A stretch of 61,362 nucleotides of DNA from Malacoraja senta (Eukaryota), in NCBI GenBank assembly GCA_038087875.1, contig JAXLNO010000123.1:1-61362 (forward strand). Direction: 5' to 3'. The notes under the pieces are model-generated. The model was not told the DNA's origin. It saw only the letters and a program-made list of their open reading frames with translations, and ran no database searches. The position numbers were made by a program, and so were the translations under genes. Shown piece after piece: positions 21,343 through 31,573 of the stretch; the first letter of the stretch is position 1, and every line of letters starts with the position of its first letter.

Positions 21343-22403
21343 ACTCCCTTTTCAGAATGGCAGGCAATGGCGAGTGGAGTGCCGCAAGGCTCGGCGTTGG
21401 GGCCGCAACTGTTTACCATATATATTAATGATTTGGAAGAGGGAATTAGGAGCAACACTAGCAAGTTTGCAGATGACACAAAGCTGGGTGGCAGTGTGAG
21501 CTGTGAAGCGGATGTTAGGAGGTTGCAGGGTGACCTGGACAGGTTGAGTGAGTGGGCAGATGCGTGGCAGATGCAGTATAATATAGATAAATGTGAGGTT
21601 ATCCACTTTGGTGGCAAAACAAGGGGGCAGATTATTATCTCAATGGGGTTAGGTTAGGTAAGGGGGAGGTGCAGCGAGACCTGGGCATCCTTGTACACTG
21701 GTCACTGAAAGTTGGCTTACAGGTACAGCAGGCAGTGAAGAAAGCTAATGGAACGTTGGCCTTCATAACAAGAGGATTTCAGTATAGGAGTAAAGAGGTT
21801 CTTCTGCAGTTGTATAGGGCTCTGGTGAGACACATCTAGAGTATTATGTACCGTTTTGGTCTCCTAATTTGAGGAAGAACATCCTTGTGATTGAAGCAGT
21901 GCAGCGTAGGTTCACAAGATTGATCCCTGGGATGGCGGGACTGTCATATGAGGAAAGATTGAAAAGACTAGGTTTGTATTCACTGGAGTTTAGAAGGATG
22001 AGGGGATATCTTATAGAAACATATAAAATTATAAAAGGACTGGACAAGCTAGATGCAGGAAAAATGTTCCCAATGTTGGGCGAGTCCAGAACCAGGGGCC
22101 ATAGTCTTAGAACAAAGGGTAGGTCATTTAAAACTGTGGTGAGAAAAAACTTTTTCACCCAGAGAGTTGTGAATTTATGGAATTCCCTGCCACAGAGGGC
22201 AGTGGAGGCCAAGTCATTGGATGGATTTAAGAGAGAGTTAGATAGAGCTCTAGGTGCTAGTGGAGTCAAGGGATATGGGGAGAAGGCAGGCACGGGTTAT
22301 TGATAGGGGACGATCAGCCATGATCACAATGAATGGCGGTGCTGGCTCGAAGGGCCAAATGGCCTCCTCCTGCACCTATTTTCTATGTTTCTATATTTCT
22401 ATG
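21343..22403 (+). mobile_element. CR1 3' part, same subfamily as 53563-61362
   Basis: GVPQGSALGP, KFADD, C-terminus and tail; frameshifted. Confidence 0.93.
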
Positions 22404-23069
22404 TTGACATTCTCTCTGCTGCCCCTGCTGGTGGGAGGGGAGAGGGACTATAAAACCCAGAAGTGTTGTGCCTCACTCAGTCTCTGCAAGATGGAGGAAG
22501 CGAGAGGGTCACGTGTCCCTGAGCTGTGAATAACACTGAACACATGTCTACTCAACTGTGAGTGCCCTTAATGTGGTTTGAAAATGAAAATGTGGTTGCT
22601 TTGAAATGCTGCACTGCAGACGGTTGTTGGTGGTGGTAACTGCTTTGAAATGCTGCACTGCAAACGGTTGTTAGTGGTGGTAACTGCTTAACTTCCTGTT
22701 TGCACTTTATATTGAGTTTAGATAAAACGCTACCACTTACGGCTGTGATTTTTGGACATCTTACTCAGTCCCTCTCCGCTCATGAGGTGCAAAGGATTCT
22801 TCCCATCAATGAAAAATAAAAGTGTTATTAGTGTTTAAAAAAATGTTGAGAATCTCTCTCCGATCAATCACACCATGAAAGCCACGCTCCTTCCGGTGGG
22901 AGGGGGAGGGATTATAAAACCCGGAAGTGTGGGTGTGGCTCAGTCTCTGCAAGATGGGGGAGGGAGAGGTCAAGACTATGTCTGAGCTGTGAATCAACTG
23001 AACAGACTGAATGTCTACTGAACTGTGAGTGTGGTGTTTTGTGTGGCGTTATGGTGGTTTTATGGTGGT

Positions 23070-23292
23070 TTCACCCTGCTTGAAATGGTAGGAAACTGCA
23101 TTTGAATGCACTGGCCTTGCACCTGGCATGAAATGGTGTGAAACTGCATTTGAATTTGGTGGCCTTGCACCCTGCATGTAAAGGTATGAAACTGCACTTG
23201 AATTTGGTGGCCTTGCACCCTGCTTGAAATGGTATGAAACTGCACTTCAATTTGGTTGTCTTGCACTCTGCTTGAAGTGGTATGAAATGCAC
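23070..23292. repeat. 48-bp tandem repeat, left half
   Basis: Unit aaactgcatttgaatttggtggccttgcaccctgcttgaaatggcatg. Confidence 0.9.
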
Positions 23293-23675
23293 TTACATAG
23301 AAACATAGAAACATAGAAAATAGGTGCAGCAGTAGGCCATTCGGCCCTTCGAGCCTGCACCGCCATTTGATATGATCATGGCTGATCATCCAACTCAGTA
23401 TCCCATCCCTGCCTTCTCTCCATACCCCCTGATCCCTTTAGCCACAAGGGCCACATCTAACTCCCTCTTAAATATAGCCAATGAACTGGCCTCAACTACC
23501 TTCTGTGGCAGAGAATTCCACAGATTCACCACTCTCTGTGTAAAAAATGATTTCCTCATCTCGGTCCTAAAAGTCTTCCCTCTTATCCTTAAACTGTGAC
23601 CCCTAGTTCTGGACTTCCCCAACATCGGGAATAATCTTCCTGCATCTAGCCTGTTCAACCCCTTAAGAATTTTGT

Positions 23676-23809
23676 TAAAGAAGGAACTGCAGATGCTGGA
23701 AAATCGAAGGTACACAAAAATGCTGGAGAAACTCAGCGGGTGCAGCAGCATCTTTGGAGCGAAGGAAATAGGTAACGTTTCGGGCCGATACCCTTCTTCA
23801 GACTTCAGA
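23676..23809 (-). mobile_element. 134-bp Penelope-end insertion
   Basis: 14-bp TSD cttaagaattttgt (23662-23675, 23810-23823). Confidence 0.85.
23774..23801 (-). ncRNA. Minimal hammerhead ribozyme core
   Basis: Minus strand: CTGAAGA-A-GGGT(atcg)GCCC-GAAA-CGTT. Confidence 0.55.
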
Positions 23810-25167
23810 CTTAAGAATTTTGTAAGTTTCTATAAGATCCCCCCTCAGTCTTCTGAATTCCAACGTGTACAAGCCAAGTCTATCCAGTCTTTCCTCATAT
23901 GAAAGTCCTGCCATCCCAGGAATCAGTCTGGTGAACCTTCTCTGTACTCCCTCTATGGCAAGAATGTCTTTCCTCAGATTAGGAGACCAAAACTGTACGC
24001 AATACTCCAGGTGTGGTCTCACCAAGACCATGTACAACTGCAGTAGAACCTCCCTGCTCTTATACTCAAATCCTTTTGCTATGAATGCTAACATACCATT
24101 TGCTTTCTTCACTGCCTGCTGCACCTGCATTCCTACTTTCAATGACTGGTGTACTATGATACCCAGGTTTCGTTGCATCTCCCCTTTTCCTAATCGGCCA
24201 CCATTCCGATAATTACTTTCCTGTTTTTGCCACCAAAGTGGATAACCTCACATTTATCCACATTATACTGCATCTGCCATGCCTTTGCCCACTCACCCAA
24301 CCTATCCAAGTCACCTTGCAGCCTCCTAGCATCCTCCTCACTGCTAACACTTCCCCCCAGCTTCGTGTCATCCGCAAACTTGAAGATGTTGCATTCAATT
24401 CCCTCATCCAGATCATTAATATATATTGTAAATAGCTGGGGTCCCAGCACTGAGCCTTGCGGTACCCCACTAGTCACTGCCTGCCATTCTGAAAAGGACC
24501 CGTTTACTCCTACTCTTTGCTTCCTGTCTGCCAGCCAGTTCTCTATCCACATCAATACTGAACCCCCAATACCATGTGCTTTAAGTTTGTATGCTAATCT
24601 CTTATGTGGGACCTTGTCGAAAGCCTTCTGAAAGTCCAGATATAACACATCCACTGGTTCTCCCTTATCCACTCTACTAGTTACATCCTCGAAAAATTCT
24701 ATAAGATTCGTCAGACATGATTTACCTTTCATAAATCCATGCTGACTTTGTCCAATGAACTCACCACTTTCCAAATGTGCTGCTATCCCATCTTTAATAA
24801 CTGACTCCAGAATTTTCCCCACCACCGATGTTAGACTAACTGGTCTGTAATTCCCCCTTTTCTCTCTCCCTCCCTTTTTAAAAAGTGGGGTTACATTAGC
24901 TACCCTCCAGTCCTCAGGAACTACTCCAGAATCTAAAGAGTTTTGAAAATGTATCACTAATGCATCCACTATTTCTGCAGCTACTTCCTTAAGTACTCTG
25001 GGATGCAACTTATCCGGCCCTGGGGATTTATCGGCCTTTAATCCATTCAATTTACCTAACACCACTTCCCGGCTAACCTGGATTTCACTCAGTTCCTCCA
25101 TCTCATTTAACCCCCGGTCCCATGCTATTTCCGGAAGATTATTTATGTCTTCCTTAGTGAATTTCTC

Positions 25168-25540
25168 ACTAGCATTTGGTGGCCTTGCACCCTGCTTGAA
25201 GTGGCATGAAACTGCACTTGGGTTTGGTGGCCCTGCACCCTGCTTGAAGTGGTTGGAAACTGCACTTGAGTTTGGTAGCCCTGCACCCTGCTTGAAGTGG
25301 TCGGAAACTGCACTTGAATTCGGTGGCCTTGCACCTTGCTTGAAGTGGTAGGAAATTGCATCTGAATTTGGTGGCCTTGCACCCTGCTTGAAGTGGTATG
25401 AAAGTGCAATTGAATTTGGTGGCCTTGCACCCTGCTTGAAGTGGTAAGAATCTGCACTTGAATTTGGTGGCCTTGCACCCTGCTTGAAATGGTAGGAAAC
25501 TGCATTTGAATTTGGTGGCCTTGCACCCTGCTTGAAATGG
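25168..25540. repeat. 48-bp tandem repeat, right half (~8 copies)
   Basis: Translates as [16 protein letters not shown] repeats. Confidence 0.92.
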
Positions 25541-25650
25541 AATTTCAAGGAATAGCCATGAGTCAACTGCTCGCCCACCAGCCATGAGTGAGCTGCCAAC
25601 ACATCAGGCTTGAGTGACTGAGCTGACACCCCAAGAATCCATTTGGCTCA

Positions 25651-26023
25651 CAGCGGAGGGTGATGGCTAGGCGCAGGCCTGGTTCCTGTGGCTTTCTTAT
25701 ATATTTGGGGGGGCGGGGGTTTTCGGCAGAGAGCCCATGTTTGTCTTTAGCTCATTAAACAGATCAGTGGGTATTCTTGTGAAGTTTTTAAAAGCAGACA
25801 AATCCTCCTCATGCAGCACATTTATCAGGTTCTCATACTGTCTAAGCCTGAATCTTCCTTGCAAGAGGGGCTTCATCCACTGAGACCTCTTCTTGTGCTT
25901 CCTCTTCACCCTTGTTCTTGTCCATCTGCCTTTAGGCTGCAGAAGCAAATGGCCTGCTGCAAACAGCAGGAGTTGTATTTTTACTGCCATCGCGGATTAG
26001 GTGGCCCAAGTGGGACAGCCCCT
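25651..26023 (-). mobile_element. Harbinger 5' end: TIR plus transposase N-terminus
   Basis: Terminus AGGGGCTGTCCCACTT next to TTA/TAA; RSQWMKPLLQ.R...QYENLINVLHEEDLSAFKNFTRIP.DLFNEL..EPGLRLAITLR. Confidence 0.82.
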
Positions 26024-26048
26024 TTAGTCAGCCACAGTCGCCCCATTC

Positions 26049-26245
26049 TCTGAATCTCTGGAATTCTCTGCCACAGAAGGTAGTTGAGGCCAGTTCATTG
26101 GCTATATTTAAGAGGGAGTTAGATGTGGGTTAGGGTTGGATGTACAGGATACTGAGTTGGATGATCAGCCATGTTCATATTGAATGGCGGTGCAGGCTCG
26201 AAGGGCCGAATGGCCTACTCCTGCACCTATTTTCTATGTTTCTAT
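26049..26245 (+). mobile_element. CR1 3' end
   Basis: NLWNSLPQKVV and 3' UTR. Confidence 0.9.
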
Positions 26246-26322
26246 GAGATACAGGTGAGATACAGGTGAGATACAGGTGAGATACAGGTGAGATACAGGT
26301 GAGATACAGGTGAGATGCAGGT
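26246..26322. repeat. 11-bp tandem repeat (GAGATACAGGT)x7
   Basis: Direct reading. Confidence 0.92.
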
Positions 26323-26393
26323 GAGATGGTGGTTGGCAGATGGGTGGAGACGTGACAAAGAGTGGTACAACTTTGTAAATAAGGATTGAAGAG

Positions 26394-26955
26394 TGACATT
26401 TTCGCCACCTCCAACGTGATCCCACCACTCGCCACATCTTCCCATCTCCCACCCTGTCTGCTTTCCACAGAGACTGCTCCCTCCGTAACTCCCTGGTCAA
26501 TTCTTCCCTTCCCTCCCGTACCACCCCCTCCCCGGGCACTTTCCCTTGCAACCGCAAGAGATGCTACACTTGTCGCTTTACCTCCCCACTCGACCATCCA
26601 AGGACCTAAGCAGTCGTTCCAGGTGCGACAGAGGTTCACCTGCATCTCCTCCAACCTCATCTATTGCATCCGCTGCTCTAGATGTCAGCTGCTCTACATC
26701 GGTGAGACCAAGCGGACGCTTGCCGATCGTTTCGCCCAACACCTCCGCTCGGTCCGCATTAACCAACCTGATCTCCCGGTGGCTCAGCACTTCAACTCCC
26801 CCTCCCATTCCCAATCCCATTCCCAATCTGACCTTTCTGTCCTGGGCCTCCTCCATGGCCAGAGTGAGTCCCATCGCAAATTGGAGGAACAGCATCTCAT
26901 ATTTCACTTGGGCAGTCTACACCCCAGCGGTTTGAACATTGACTTCTCTAATTTG
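26394..26955 (+). mobile_element. Penelope-like element, GIY-YIG endonuclease region
   Basis: QRFTCISSNLIYCIRCSRCQLLYIGETKR...RFAQH...VAQHFN...EEQHLIF.LGSL.P.GLN. Confidence 0.9.
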
Positions 26956-27650
26956 GCAGAATGGGGAAGACAGTCTAACCCTGGCAGACTCTTCCTGCAT
27001 CAGAGGCCCCAGTCTTTGGAGATCCTGGGTGGAAACTAACACTAATTGGTCACCCCTTTAGAAAGGAGCAGAGAGGAAATGGATTCTGGCAACAGACACA
27101 AACATACTAAACCAAATATAGATTTAGACCAATTCCAAACAAAGCTACAGTTGGGTGAATGGAAGGGGCAAGATTACCTAATTGTAATGATTTAAACACA
27201 AGTGTCATCAACATTAAACTACTTTCCCTGCAACAGCAGCCAACTAGGATTACTTTAACCAGGGGATGTAACCTGGTCCAAAACAAAGTGCTGGAGGTAC
27301 TTGGCAGATCAGGCACCATCTACCCGACCACAAAGGGAATGGACAGATGATGTTGTTTCCTGTTTGGACCCTTTCAGACTGATGGAGTCAGGTAGAGAAA
27401 GTGGGAAAGAGGTGAGAGCAGGACAAAGCCTGTTATGTGATTAGTGGATACAGGGGAGAGTGTGATGGGTTGTGACATTGGCTAGGGGTGACAAGGAGAC
27501 AAAAGGTGCAACAGATGAGAAGAGTGAAACGTAAAGCTGGAGGGAGGGATACGGGTGGAAGGGGATAGAGTGAAATATGAGACTGGTTTTGGAGGTGAGC
27601 ATACACGGGGAAGGAGCAGAGTGACCAAGGTGTTGAGGGAAGTGTTCACA

Positions 27651-27903
27651 CCAGGGTGGGGGTGCAGGGAAAGAGGGGGTTCCCATCACCAGGGTGGGGG
27701 TGCTGGGAAAGAGGGGGTTCCCATCACCAGGGTGGGGGGGTGCAGTGAAAGAAGGCATTCCCATCACCAGGGTGGGGGGGGGGGGGGTGCAGGGAAAGAG
27801 GGGGTTCCCATCACCAGTGTGGGGGGGGAGGTGCAGTGAAAGAGGGGGTTCCCATCACCAGGGTAGGGGGGGTGCAGGGAAAGAGGGGGTTCCCATCACC
27901 AGT
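27651..27903. repeat. G-rich ~38-bp minisatellite
   Basis: Unit ccagggtgggggtgcagggaaagagggggttcccatca, ~6.5 copies. Confidence 0.9.
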
Positions 27904-27964
27904 ATGCTGATTTCCCACCTCCATGCCACATTTCCCTTTTATCCTGTGTTAGCCTATACTTCCT

Positions 27965-28535
27965 GAGAAGTTTACGGAGAGTTGGTTTGTCAAGGAGGAC
28001 TCTCTCTAACTTCTACAGGTGCACAGTAGAGAGCATGCTGACCGGTTGCATCGTGGCTTGGTTCGGCAACTTGAGCGTCCTGGAGAGGAAAAGACTACAA
28101 AAAGTTGTGAACACTGCCCAGTCCATCATCGGCTCTGACCTCCCTTCCATCGAGGGGATCTATCGCAGTGGCTGCCTCAAAAAGGCTGGCAGTATCATTA
28201 AGGACCCACACCATCCTGGCCACACACTCATCTCCCTGCTACCTTCAGGTAGAAGGTACAGGAGCCTGAAGACTGCAACGACCAGGTTCAGGAATAGCTA
28301 CTTCCCCACAGCCATCAGGCTATTAAACTTGGCTCGGACAAAACTATGAACATTAATAGCCCATTATATGTTATTTGCACTTTATCAGTTTATTTATTCA
28401 TGAGTGTATATATTTATATAATGGTATATGGACACACTGATCTGTTGTGTAGTCAATGCCTTCTATGTTCTGTTGTGCTGAAGCAAAGCAAGAATGTCAT
28501 TGTTCTATCAGGGACACATGACAATAAACTCACTT
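27965..28535 (+). mobile_element. Rex1/Babar 3' fragment
   Basis: NFYRCTVESMLTGCIVAW..LLPSGRRYRS and a 3' UTR ending gggacacatgacaataaactc. Confidence 0.88.
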
Positions 28536-28839
28536 GTCCCCTCCCATGTCCCATTCACCCATAAACCTCCCTCTGGCTTCATCTTCCACACCTCTCCCCT
28601 TCTTATCCAACATGTTTTATCACTTTCACCTCTGGCCTTTGTTACTTATTCCATCCATCTGCCAACCACCCACCCCCACATGCCAGGCTTTGTCCCACCC
28701 CCACTTTCCATCTTTCTCCCCCTACCCCAGTCTGTAGGTTTCCAACCCAAAATGCCATCTGTCTATTTCCCCCACAGATGCGGCCTGACCCTCAGAGTTC
28801 CTCCAGCACTTCCGCTCAACATTCCAGCACCCTGAAATA

Positions 28840-29470
28840 CAAGGAACGTGACCACAAAGCAATTAGGAAAGGACATTGTTAATCTTTCTCAAAGATTTAT
28901 CCCCATTGAAACCACGAGAGGGTCTAAACAAGGGCCTTATCTTCATACCATCTCCACAAAGACTAGATTAGATAGACTTGGTTATAGCAAAATAAAATCA
29001 CTTTAATGATTGAAATCTCCTGACATCCTTGACCACACCCTCTATCACAAGCAGTACTTGGAACAGCAAGTTGACAAAGCCCATCTATCACAAACCATAG
29101 AAAACTGGGGACATTAGAAGATCTTCAAAGACCTTGGCACATCAACCAGAAACAAGTAGAATAACTGTAGAGGGAGAAACAGAAACAGGAGAGAAGATTC
29201 TACATTCACCTCAAAATATCAAACACTGGGTGGACAGGGCCTGGAAAAATAATTCTAGGCCCAATGTTTCAAGGTCAGTTTATCGTCACATGTAACAATT
29301 AAGGTACAGTGAAATTCAAATATGTCTGCAGTCGCAAATCCTACAGGGTAGAAGAATACATTGACTATTTTCATAATCAAACTGGCACAGCAACATGCCA
29401 GCTATATCAAAGACAACAGTGAACTCCCTGAATGAGCTGCCCAATGCTGTAACTCTTACTATGGGCATCA
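28840..29470 (+). mobile_element. Ancient decayed Penelope-like RT (Neptune-like lineage)
   Basis: Frameshifted DIVNLS, LNKGLIFIPSP, RERRFYI..KI, SYRVEEYIDYF, LAQQHASYIKD. Confidence 0.6.
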
Positions 29471-29788
29471 AACGTGACCCGCTGAGTTACTCCAGCACTC
29501 TGTGAAACGTCACCTATCCATGTTCTCCACAGATGCTGCCTGACCCGCTGAGTTACTCCAGCACTTTGTGCCTTTTTTTGTAAACCAGCACCTGCAGTTC
29601 CTTGATTTTCAACCCAAATCTTCCCTGGTTTCAGGGTTTTTACTAAGTTTGGCATCTGGGCAATGGGTGAATTACGGGGAAAGGTAAAGGGTCACAGAGC
29701 AATAAAGAACCATTCTGCAGTAAAGAGCACAATATCTAATTTGTAGACAGCGCTCCCAATGTGTAGTGAATTCACATAACAGGTCGCT

Positions 29789-30039
29789 CCAATTTGTGAT
29801 CAACACTCCCACCGTGTGGTGATCCGCCGCACTGCAGGCCCGTCCAATTTGTGGTCAACACTCCCACCGTGTGGTGATCCGCCGCACTGCAGGCCCATTC
29901 AATTTGTGGCCAACACTCCCACCGTGTGGTGATCCGCTGCACTGCAGGCCCATCCAGTTTGTGGTCAACACTCCCACCGTGTGGTGATCTGCTGCACTGC
30001 AGGCCCATCCAATTTGTGGTCAACACTCCCACCGTGTGG
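29789..30039. repeat. 55-bp minisatellite (~4.5 copies)
   Basis: Unit ccaatttgtggtcaacactcccaccgtgtggtgatccgccgcactgcaggcccat. Confidence 0.92.
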
Positions 30040-30088
30040 ATTAATAAAAGAATTGCAGATGCTGGAAAAATCGAAGGCAGCATCTATG

Positions 30089-30668
30089 TAATAATAATAA
30101 TAATAATAATAGATTTATTTTATATAGCGCTTTTCAGGACTCAAAGTCGCTTTACAATTGAGAGTCAGGAATAAACAAAACAAAATAGAGCAGTAAGACA
30201 GAGGGGAGGGGAACATGGGACTAAGGGTATGCAGATGTGAAGAGATGTGAAGAGATGTGAAGAGATGGGTCTTGAGGCGGGACTGGAAGAGGGACTCAGA
30301 ATTTCGGACCGGTTGTGGGAGGGAATTCCAGAGCCTGGGAGCTGCCCTGGAGAAGGCTCTGCCTCCAAAAGTGCAGAGGTTTGAATTCGGAGTGGAGAGG
30401 AGACCAGCTGATGTGGATCTGAGGGACCGTGAGGGTTGGTAGGGGGAGAGGAGGTCAATGAGATAAGGGGGGGCCAGGTTGTTGAGGGCTTTGTAGGTGA
30501 GGACCAGGATTTTGTAGGTGATCCGGTGGGAAATGGGAAGCCAGTGAAGTTCTTTGAGAACTGGGGTGATGTGGTGCCAGGAGTTGGTGTGGGTAATGAG
30601 TCGGGCGGCTGCATTCTGGACCAGTTGGAGTCGTTTGATGCTGCTGGAATTGATTCTGAAAAGAAGAG
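30089..30668 (-). mobile_element. L2 LINE 3' end
   Basis: Minus-strand HITPVLKELHWLP..YKILVLTYKAL; L2 tail aagcgctatataaaataaat followed by (ATT)n. Confidence 0.85.
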
Positions 30669-30671
30669 AGT

Positions 30672-31067
30672 TAAGTCAAGTCAAGTCAAGTCATATTTAT
30701 TTATATAGCACATTTAAAAAAACAACTCTCGTTGGCCAAAGTGCTTTACATTTGTTATAAGAATAGCACAAACAAAACAAACTACATACATATATACATG
30801 TAGCCCTCACTCAGAGGACGTCAGGAAAGGCTTGGGAGTATAGATACGTTTTTAGTCTTGACTTAAAAGAGTCGATGGAGGGGGCAGTTCTGATGGGAAG
30901 GGGGATGCTGTTCCACAGTCTAGGGGCTGCAACCGCAAAGGCGCGGTCGCCCCTGAGCTTATGCCTAAACTGTGGGATATTCAGCAACCCCAAGTCGGCC
31001 GATCTGAGGGGCCTGGAGGTGGAGTGGTGGGTGAGAAGACTTTTTATGTAGGTGGGGGCAAGCCCAT
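30672..31067 (-). mobile_element. Second L2 3' end
   Basis: HGLAPTYI..LRSAD..GDRAFAVAAPRLWNSIP..FKSRLKTYL; (TTGAC)n tail. Confidence 0.88.
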
Positions 31068-31069
31068 GG

Positions 31070-31573
31070 AGAGAAAGAATAGGTGACGTTTCAGGTCGAG
31101 ACCCTTCTTCAGACTGAAGTTGGGGTGGGGGTGCGGGATAAAGGAAGGAAAAGACAGAGACAGAAGGCTGTGGGAGAGCTGGGAAGGGGAAGGAGGGAGA
31201 AACCACTGAAATTGGAGAATGGGAAGATGAGGCCAGTGGTGGGATCCTGTTGGAGGTGGCGAAAATGTTGGAGGATTATCTGTTGTATGTGACGGCTGGT
31301 AGGGTGGAAGGTGAGGACATGGGGGACTCTGTCCTTGTTACGAGTAGGGGGATGGGGAGTAAGAGCGGAGCTGTGGGATATAGAGGAGACCCTGATAAGA
31401 GCCTCATCTATAGTAGAAGAGGGGAACCCCCATTCCCTAAAGAATGAGGCCATCACCGATGCTCTGGTTTGTAACACTTCATCCTGGGCCAAGATGTGGC
31501 CAGTGTAGTCCAGATAGCCATGGGCGTCAGTGGGTTTGTAGTAGATGTCGGTCAGTAGTCTGTTACCTGTGAT
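31070..31573 (-). mobile_element. Internally deleted Penelope fragment with a hammerhead core at 31085-31112
   Basis: TDIYYKPTDAHGYLDY, KDRVPHVLTFHP; CTGAAGA-A-GGGT(ctcg)ACCT-GAAA-CGTC. Confidence 0.85.

Larger units (their letters stand above)
23296..25165 (-). mobile_element. CR1 RT and 3' end inserted in the 48-bp array
   Basis: RT motifs and (TTTCTATG)n tail. Confidence 0.94.
21155..25650 (+). mobile_element. Helitron-like non-autonomous repeat, interrupted by two CR1s
   Basis: 5' a|TCTATATTACTGAAAG terminus, internally duplicated module (21180-21342 ~ 22690-22850) and 48-bp arrays; no 3' CTAG end seen. Confidence 0.45.

Noticed and set aside
24190..25629. 479-aa ORF with 16-aa repeats fused to RT
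   Set aside because: Chance in-frame CR1 insertion into a 48-bp array; the RT is frameshifted downstream.
26955..27285. Possible retroviral env fragment
   Set aside because: No diagnostic motif; may be upstream of the old Penelope; left unassigned.
23070..30039. 48-, 11-, 38- and 55-bp arrays as CRISPR-like arrays
   Set aside because: Contiguous tandem units with no unique spacers, no cas genes and a vertebrate context.
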